A stretch of 12,552 nt of DNA from Planctomycetota bacterium (lineage in GTDB: Bacteria; Planctomycetota; GCA-002687715; DRQF01), in assembly GCA_036479435.1 (NCBI GenBank), contig JAZGFI010000077.1:1-12552 (forward strand), written 5' to 3'. Under the pieces are notes generated by a model. The model did no database searches. It saw only the letters and a list, made by a program, of their open reading frames with translations, and was not told the origin of the DNA. Below, in pieces: positions 6,234 to 12,552 of the stretch; positions within the stretch are counted from its first letter, which is position 1; every line of letters begins with the position of its first letter. The translations under genes and the position numbers were made by a program.

Positions 6234-8882
6234 ATGTCTTCGATGGTTTCGTCGTTCCCCAGCCTTTCAAGAACTGGTGGATTACTAGTGTTGGTTCTCT
6301 CGTTGGCGATACTCGCCAGCGCTGACTCGGCTCAGTCTCCTCCCAACGTCACGCTAGCTCAGTATCGTTTCGAGCCTCAGTATTGCGGCCATCAGGTTGC
6401 CGCCTGCTTCGCAACCGACCCAGGGCCTGCGGCGCGCGCGCAGTTCGACGCAGCCTTCGGATTCCAGGCTCAGGCTCCCGGCGATTTTCAGACGACGACA
6501 CGTTGGTCGTCTACGGCTTTGTCCGGCGGTGGTTTAGCCCAGGGCGATCCGACGATCTTGACGTACAGCTTCGCGCCCGATGGCACTTCGATTCCTTCGG
6601 CCATGGGAGAAGCCGCCGCTACCAGCGAACTCTTCTCACGATTCAACTTCGTCTACGGAAGCCCGGTGATCTGGCAGCAGATTTTCCACGATCAGTTCGC
6701 CGAATGGAGTTCACTGTCTGGGATCACCTACCAGTACGAGCCCAACGACGACGGCGTTCCGATGTACAGCGGTTCTGGCATTGCCGGTACTCGCGGCGAT
6801 ATTCGGATTGGCGCCAAGCCCATCGACGGCAACGCTGGCGTCATTGGATTCAACTTGTTGCCCAACTCCGGTGGCGAGATGGTTCTTGATTCAAATGACA
6901 ACATCTTGGCGAACACCAGCAACGACTCGCGGATCTTGCGAAATCTGATTACTCACGAAAGCGGTCACGGTTTCGGCCTCTTGCACGTTTGCCCCATTAC
7001 CGCCACCAAGATCATGGAGCCCTTGATCGTCACCTCGTTCTTGGGCCCGCAGCTTGACGACATCCGCGGTATTCATCGTCTCTACGGCGATCCCTTCGAA
7101 CCTGACGACACGCCCGCGACCGCCCAAGATCTGGGTTTGCTCACTAACGGCAGCCATTTCGTTACCGACCGCAGCAGCGATGACAACGCCGACATCGACC
7201 ACATCGCTTTTACGCTCGATCCGAACCGTGCGGTCAGCATTGTGCTGCGTCCGGTCGGCAATTCCTATCTTGAGAGCGGCCAAGACAGCAACGGCAATTG
7301 CCTGGCTACCACGGTGGTGAACGCCGACAGTATTTCCAATCTTCGATTCGAGCTGCGCGACCTCACGACGAATGGCCTGTTGATGGCCGTTGACAACGGT
7401 GGGATCGGGGCGGTCGACTCCTTGGCGAATTTCGTCATGCCGATCTTTGGCGGTGACTTTTATCTGGCCGTCATCCCAGATGCGGCGGATGACATTCAGC
7501 TCTACGAAGTCGATATCACGATCACGACGATCGTGGGGTCTTTGTTCGGCGTCGGCTTGATTAGCGCGGCACCCACCACCATCCCTTCAGATCGTCCTCT
7601 CGATATCGCGGTGAGTACGGTTCTAAACGGTGGCACCGTTCCCGACTCTATGGGCGGGCGCTTGCTGTACTCAGTAAGTGGCGAGCCTTTCAAGAGCTAT
7701 CGCATGACCTCGCCTTCCTTTGGCAATTTCGTGGCGACTTTACCGCCGCTACGCGGCTACGAAGAGTTGCGCTGGTATCTTGAGATAGATGCCGTCGGAG
7801 GCGTCGGCACCGCCCGCTTACCGGCAACCGCACCCGTCGATGTGTTCACCACCCACGGCGATCCCGACCCGGCTGATCTGTCTTTGGTCTTCAGCGACGG
7901 TTTCGCGACGGACCTCGGGTGGAGTGTTTTCAACGATGCCGCTCTTGCCGACGGTAGTTGGGGACGCGGCATCCCCGCCGGGGGCGGTACTCGCGGCGAT
8001 CCTCCCGCCGATTTCGACGGCGACGGTTGGTGTTACTTGACCGACAACGTTCCCGGCAACAGCGATGTCGATGGGGGATCGACCACCTTGACTTCGCCCG
8101 TTTTCGACCTCAGCGAATCGGTGGACGCTTTGCTTTCGTGGGCGATGTGGTTTGACAACGACTTTGGGCAGAACCCCAACACTCAGACTTTCGAGATCGA
8201 GATCACTTCGGACGGCAACACTTGGCAATTGGTGGAGAGCTACGGATTGAGCGTCGATGCTTGGGTCACGCGCTCCATCAGTGTGCGTGACTTCTTCGAA
8301 CCGACCGCGACCGTGCAATTGCGTTTTCGCGCGTCGGACCCGGGCGCGGGCTCCATCGTCGAAGCGGGTGTTGACGCGGTCTCCGTGCAGCGAATCGCCT
8401 TCGATCGCCTCGGCCCTTGGGCGGACGGCTTGGTGGGCATTACGCAAACCGGCGCTCCCGTCGATGTCTTATTCATCAACGGGCAAACTGGCGGTAGTTC
8501 GCGCACGGTCGTCGTCGGACAAAACCAGGCCTTTACCTTCTCCGTCGTTCCGCCGCCCGGCAGTAACCCGGGGGTGCCCTTCGTGGTGTTTGGCCGCTCG
8601 GGCGTCCCGAGTTTGGAAGAGCGCATTCTGATTGATCCGAACATCGGCGCGCTGGCGTTCACGCCCTGTATTCTCGAAAACTCCAATCCCTTCCTGTTCA
8701 CTTTGGCCGACAACCTGACGGGTAACTTTGACTGTTTTCGAGTGTTGCCGTCGGCGCCAGCGCCTTGGAGCTATACGATCCCCACGGGCCTGCCCTTCGC
8801 GACCGAGGCGACGATGCAAGGTGTCATCGTGGACGGCAATAACTTCCGCGCCACGAATGCCGTTATCCTCAAGATCCCTTGA
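6234..8882 (+). CDS. secreted matrixin-like (M10-type metzincin) zinc metalloprotease with PPC-like and beta-rich C-terminal domains, paralog 1
   Basis: 882 aa, AAGGA RBS, signal peptide (LLVLVLSLAILASADSA). HESGHGFGLLH at 6954..6986 (HExxHxxGxxH) and Met-turn KIMEP (ATG 7014). PPC-like segment (FEPDDT...DDNADIDHIAF) and a jelly-roll/MAM-like module (FSDGF...GW...LTSPVFDLS...DGNTW...VQLRFRA...AGVDAV). Confidence 0.88.
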   Translation: MSSMVSSFPSLSRTGGLLVLVLSLAILASADSAQSPPNVTLAQYRFEPQYCGHQVAACFATDPGPAARAQFDAAFGFQAQAPGDFQTTTRWSSTALSGGGLAQGDPTILTYSFAPDGTSIPSAMGEAAATSELFSRFNFVYGSPVIWQQIFHDQFAEWSSLSGITYQYEPNDDGVPMYSGSGIAGTRGDIRIGAKPIDGNAGVIGFNLLPNSGGEMVLDSNDNILANTSNDSRILRNLITHESGHGFGLLHVCPITATKIMEPLIVTSFLGPQLDDIRGIHRLYGDPFEPDDTPATAQDLGLLTNGSHFVTDRSSDDNADIDHIAFTLDPNRAVSIVLRPVGNSYLESGQDSNGNCLATTVVNADSISNLRFELRDLTTNGLLMAVDNGGIGAVDSLANFVMPIFGGDFYLAVIPDAADDIQLYEVDITITTIVGSLFGVGLISAAPTTIPSDRPLDIAVSTVLNGGTVPDSMGGRLLYSVSGEPFKSYRMTSPSFGNFVATLPPLRGYEELRWYLEIDAVGGVGTARLPATAPVDVFTTHGDPDPADLSLVFSDGFATDLGWSVFNDAALADGSWGRGIPAGGGTRGDPPADFDGDGWCYLTDNVPGNSDVDGGSTTLTSPVFDLSESVDALLSWAMWFDNDFGQNPNTQTFEIEITSDGNTWQLVESYGLSVDAWVTRSISVRDFFEPTATVQLRFRASDPGAGSIVEAGVDAVSVQRIAFDRLGPWADGLVGITQTGAPVDVLFINGQTGGSSRTVVVGQNQAFTFSVVPPPGSNPGVPFVVFGRSGVPSLEERILIDPNIGALAFTPCILENSNPFLFTLADNLTGNFDCFRVLPSAPAPWSYTIPTGLPFATEATMQGVIVDGNNFRATNAVILKIP

Positions 8883-9139
8883 GCCGTCATGCTCAAGATT
8901 TCTTCTGATCTTGGCTTGCGCGCGAAGGAACCCGACGATCGCCACTAAGGGGTCATCCCTGCCCTGAATAAAAGGGAATCATCTTCCGCTGGGGTCCTCC
9001 AGCCCTAACATGTTCTACATCGAGCTAGAGCCACGCATTGGTCTTCGGTTTGTCCCAACGTTTGCCGCAGGATTTCGGCGCCGAAGCCGCGAGATCCGAC
9101 AATACTAGCGATAAAGAACAAAGCAGTGAGGAATCGACG

Positions 9140-11857
9140 ATGTCCGTATCGCCTACTCGCGGCCCGAATGGCCGTTTCCAGGTATTGAGCTTGACGCTTT
9201 GTGGTTTGTTGGCCCTCGGCTTTTTGTGGTCAAGGCAGACGTCAGACGCCGGTCTTGAGTCGGCTGAGTACCAGCGGGTGTCCGCGGTCGTGGATCGCGA
9301 GACTTACGCCAGCATGAAGCCCATCCATCGTCGCATGTTGGCCCAAATCGTCGAGGAAACCGTCAAACGCAACGCGCCCTTCGCGGCGACCTGTTGGCAA
9401 ACAGATCCTCAAAACAACGCCGTCGTCGAGGCCTTCAACGCCGCGATCACCGGCGGACTTTCGCAGTTGGGTGCCGACTTTCAATTGGGGAGTCGTTGGA
9501 GCAACACGGCTACTAACGGAGGCGGGCTCGGTCAGGGCGACCCGATGACCTTGACCTACAGTTTTGCCCCCGATGGCACCACGGTCCCTTCCGGCGTTGG
9601 CGAAGGCTCTGGTACGAGCAACCTTTTTGCTTGGTTGAATGGCATCTACACTAGTGCCAGCGTTTGGCAAAACATTTTCCACGAAGAGTTTGATCGTTGG
9701 AGTGACTTGACCGGCGTTACTTACGTCCACGAAACCAACGACGATGGCGCCAGTTTCTTCGGAGCCTCCGGCATTCTCAACGTCCGTGGCGACGTGCGCA
9801 TCAGCGCCAAGGCGATCGACGGCAACAGCGGTACTTTGGCCTATAACTTCTTCCCGAACGGCGGCGATATGGTGCTCGACAGCGCCGACAGCTTTTACAA
9901 CACCACGTCGAATAACTCGCGCCGTTTGCGGAACGTGATCAGCCACGAGCACGGGCACGGATTGGGCTTGTTTCATGTGTGCCCGGGCAACGGCACGAAA
10001 CTGATGGAGCCCTTCATCAACACCAACTTTCTCGGTCCCCAGCTCGACGAAATCCAAGGCGGTCAACGTCACTACGGCGACCGTTTTGAGCAAAACGACA
10101 CGGCCGCTCAGGCGACCGATCTCGGCTCCCCGGCCGATGGCACCTTCACGCTCGTTGACCTCAGTACGGACGACAACAGCGACGACGATTGGTTCAAATT
10201 CACGGTATTCGGATCAAAATCGGTCTCTGCCACTGTGCGTCCGATCGGCGCGACCTACTTGACCGGCTCCCAAGTAAGTCCCTGTTCAGGAGGTGGCTCT
10301 TCTTTTGATTCGCTGAACGTGAGCAACCTTGCGCTTGAGCTCATCGATAGCGACGGCTCGACCGTGCTGCTAGCCGTTGATTCCGGCGGCATCGGCCAGT
10401 CTGAAACCATCACGAACTTCACGCTGCCAGGCAGCGGGACCTTCTACGTTCGCGTCGTACCCGACAACACCAACAGCGTGCAGCTTTACGAGCTTGATTT
10501 TGGCTTGCAGACGATCGGGACGCCTCCTTTCACTATTAGCTACCCGAGCGGCATCCCCGCCGAAGTCGTGACCGGCCAAACTAACTTGGTCGACATTTTC
10601 GTCTTCACTCTGCCGGGCCAAGTTCTTGATCCCAACAACACTTCCTTGGTCTATTCAATCGACGGACAGCCCGAGCAAACGGCCTCTCTCATTCACAACG
10701 GTGGGGGATCTTTTCAAGCGGAATTGCCCGGGTTGGACTGCTTCGAACGCTTAGATTGGTATGTCATCTTCAACTCCACGCTGGGAGTTTCTCAAGCTTC
10801 GCCAAACGGAGCACCGGGAATTCGCAACACCACCAGTGGTGACGGCGGCAACCCGACGACCTTCTTCGCCGACAGTTTTACCAACAACGAAGGCTGGACG
10901 GTCACGAACCAAGGTGGCCTCACTGACGGCGCCTGGAATCGCGGCACGCCGGTAGGCGGCGGCGCCCGTGGCGACCCGGCAATCGGTCTTGACGCCGACA
11001 ACACCTGCTACCTGACTGACAACGCATCCGGTAACTCGGACGTCGACAACGGTGCCACGATCTTGACCTCACCGGTCTTCGACCTCTCCTTTGAATTGGA
11101 CGCGATCTTCAGTTTTGCCTTTTGGTACGACAACGACTTCGGTGGCAACCCCAACGAAGACTCCTTCAAGATCGAAATCAGCGACGACGGGGTGAATTGG
11201 GTCCGCATCGAGACCTACAACGCCAGCATCAACCAGTGGATCGAGCGCGAAGTCCGCATCAGCGAATTCGTCAACCTCACCGCGAACGTGCAGTTACGCT
11301 TCATCGCGGATGACCTCTTCAACGGCTCGGTGGTCGAGGCCGGCGTCGACGCCTTTTTGTGCGAAGTCTGCGAGCGTTCTGTCTTCGGCCCCTGTGGCGT
11401 GGGACTCGCGGGCGCTTTCAACGGATCGGGCAGCCCCTTCGACGTGTTGCTGGTGAACAGTAGCGCCGGCGGCGTCCGCCGCGTGGTCGAAGTCCCGATG
11501 GGGCAGGCCATCACCTTCGAAATGACCGCGGTTCCGGGTAGCACGACCGTGGGTCAATTCGCGATTGCGGGTCGATCCGGCATCCCGTTTCCGGGCGAAG
11601 CCTTTCCCTTGGGTCTCTTCCAGGGAACTCTCTGCTTCACCCCCTGCATCGCCAACCCGACCGATCCGGCCCTGTTCATGCTCGCCGACAACCTGACCGG
11701 CAACCCTTCTTGCCCCTCCCTATTGCCCTCAACTCCGGCGCCTTGGCAACTCACCATCCCAGGTCTGAACTTCCCCTTCACGATCTCCCTCCAGGGTGTC
11801 ATCATCGACAACCTCGACTTCAGAGTCACCAACGCCGTCGCCATCGACAACTTCTAA
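9140..11857 (+). CDS. secreted matrixin-like (M10-type metzincin) zinc metalloprotease, paralog 2
   Basis: Likely start is ATG 9140 with GAGGA upstream (905 aa), rather than TTG 9038. Hydrophobic N-terminal segment (VLSLTLCGLLALGFLW), HEHGHGLGLFH at 9944..9976, Met-turn KLMEP (ATG 10004). Colinear with paralog 1 from the pro-region to the C-terminus. Confidence 0.88.
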   Translation: MSVSPTRGPNGRFQVLSLTLCGLLALGFLWSRQTSDAGLESAEYQRVSAVVDRETYASMKPIHRRMLAQIVEETVKRNAPFAATCWQTDPQNNAVVEAFNAAITGGLSQLGADFQLGSRWSNTATNGGGLGQGDPMTLTYSFAPDGTTVPSGVGEGSGTSNLFAWLNGIYTSASVWQNIFHEEFDRWSDLTGVTYVHETNDDGASFFGASGILNVRGDVRISAKAIDGNSGTLAYNFFPNGGDMVLDSADSFYNTTSNNSRRLRNVISHEHGHGLGLFHVCPGNGTKLMEPFINTNFLGPQLDEIQGGQRHYGDRFEQNDTAAQATDLGSPADGTFTLVDLSTDDNSDDDWFKFTVFGSKSVSATVRPIGATYLTGSQVSPCSGGGSSFDSLNVSNLALELIDSDGSTVLLAVDSGGIGQSETITNFTLPGSGTFYVRVVPDNTNSVQLYELDFGLQTIGTPPFTISYPSGIPAEVVTGQTNLVDIFVFTLPGQVLDPNNTSLVYSIDGQPEQTASLIHNGGGSFQAELPGLDCFERLDWYVIFNSTLGVSQASPNGAPGIRNTTSGDGGNPTTFFADSFTNNEGWTVTNQGGLTDGAWNRGTPVGGGARGDPAIGLDADNTCYLTDNASGNSDVDNGATILTSPVFDLSFELDAIFSFAFWYDNDFGGNPNEDSFKIEISDDGVNWVRIETYNASINQWIEREVRISEFVNLTANVQLRFIADDLFNGSVVEAGVDAFLCEVCERSVFGPCGVGLAGAFNGSGSPFDVLLVNSSAGGVRRVVEVPMGQAITFEMTAVPGSTTVGQFAIAGRSGIPFPGEAFPLGLFQGTLCFTPCIANPTDPALFMLADNLTGNPSCPSLLPSTPAPWQLTIPGLNFPFTISLQGVIIDNLDFRVTNAVAIDNF

Positions 11858-11868
11858 GTCACCACACA

Positions 11869-11910
11869 CGAGGCCTTTCAGCCAGCGAGAACGCCAGCTG
11901 AGAGGCCTTG
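11869..11910. terminator. long stem-loop after the second protease (possible terminator or 3' stabiliser)
   Basis: cgaggcctttcagc (11869..11882) pairs with gctgagaggccttg (11897..11910): 14 bp with two G.U pairs, plus an inner gcg-agaa-cgc hairpin. Begins 12 nt after the stop. No U-tract. Confidence 0.5.
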
Positions 11911-12117
11911 AGCACTCACGCCTACCGCACGGCCGTGTCCACCAAGCGACCATGAAGGCAAACTCGGTCTTTTCGGTCCGTACTCGTGAGCCCCCTTAGG
12001 CAACTGAAACGGCGGTGCGAATAGGAACTGGGCCCGAGATCTCATCTCAGTGCATATTCCCTTGTGCTTGCGGTTGATCGTCACCGAATCCCGACTTTCT
12101 GATGGCGTTATCTGCCG

Positions 12118-12137
12118 ATACCAATAAGTGGTATGGT
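12118..12137 (+). promoter_or_regulatory. palindromic operator overlapping an extended -10, likely antitoxin autoregulation site
   Basis: ATACCA-ataag-TGGTAT (12118..12134) overlaps TGgTATGGT (12129..12137). SD AAGGAGG at 12152..12158. Confidence 0.6.
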
Positions 12138-12164
12138 AGCGCTGCAACTCAAAGGAGGATTGTC

Positions 12165-12425
12165 GTGGCAAAGAACACCAGCATCACCATCGGAGACCAT
12201 TTTGAAGACTTCATCGCCGGCCAAATCGACGCCGGGCGCTACAACAATGCCAGCGAGGTGATTAGATCGGGTCTGCGACTTCTGGAAGAGCACGAACAAA
12301 AGGTAGCAGCGTTGCGGCAAGCCTTGATCGAAGGAGAAGAAAGCGGCGACGCTGGTGAGTTGGACTTTGCTGAGATCCGTCGCAAAGCCCGCGAGAAAGC
12401 CGAGACCTCGTCGAAGAATGCCTAG
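12165..12425 (+). CDS. parD: type II TA ParD-family (CC2985-like, ribbon-helix-helix) antitoxin
   Basis: 86 aa from GTG 12165 with a strong SD. KNTSITIGDHFEDFI...GRYNNASEVIRSGLRLLEEHE...ALRQALIEGEESG is the characteristic family pattern. Confidence 0.9.
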   Translation: MAKNTSITIGDHFEDFIAGQIDAGRYNNASEVIRSGLRLLEEHEQKVAALRQALIEGEESGDAGELDFAEIRRKAREKAETSSKNA

Positions 12426-12479
12426 ATGTCAGCAGCCAACTTAGTCGAGGGCGATTCGGCGATTTATCGCCACGCTCTT

Positions 12480-12505
12480 TGAGGCTCGTTGGATTCTGAG
12501 CCTCA
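12480..12505. other. 8-bp perfect inverted repeat downstream of parD (possible terminator hairpin)
   Basis: TGAGGCTC (12480..12487), N10, GAGCCTCA (12498..12505). Confidence 0.4.
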
Positions 12506-12552
12506 TTCATCCTGGTGGTCGGCATCCGAGCCATGCCTTCGAAAACCTCGGG

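Noticed and set aside
9038..9139. TTG-initiated N-terminal extension of protease 2
   Set aside because: ATG 9140 has a GAGGA RBS and places the hydrophobic signal near the N-terminus.
9242..10093. 283-aa minus-strand ORF within protease 2
   Set aside because: Antisense shadow caused by codon bias; no independent evidence.
12040..12049. TCTCATCTCA shared with 108..117, as a possible att or target-site duplication
   Set aside because: 10-bp matches are expected by chance in 12.5 kb, there is no integrase, and the enclosed region includes housekeeping genes.
12102..12164. ATG-initiated extension of parD
   Set aside because: It spans the predicted promoter/operator and SD; family similarity starts at GTG 12165.
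11878..12171. 97-aa minus-strand ORF as a possible toxin
   Set aside because: No toxin-family motif; it overlaps the parD promoter and the hairpin on the opposite strand.

Overview
GC-rich bacterial chromosomal window; the style of the secreted proteins suggests Planctomycetota, but this is inference only. From left to right it holds: the first 11 codons of a minus-strand gene running off the left edge; class II lysyl-tRNA synthetase lysS (-); a divergent exported TPR protein (+); a convergent orphan ParA/Soj ATPase with a ~110-aa acidic tail (-); queC (+); a probable lipoprotein (+); two tandem paralogous ~900-aa secreted matrixin-like metzincin proteases (+); and a ParD-type (CC2985-like) antitoxin with a palindromic operator but no intact toxin in view. 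No rRNA, tRNA, CRISPR array or transposase was recognised. The most promising under-described elements are the protease pair (candidate non-canonical cysteine switch, loss of the MMP structural-zinc ligands, and a shared C-terminal domain that may be a sorting signal), the tailed orphan ParA with a start-codon hairpin, and the solitary antitoxin.
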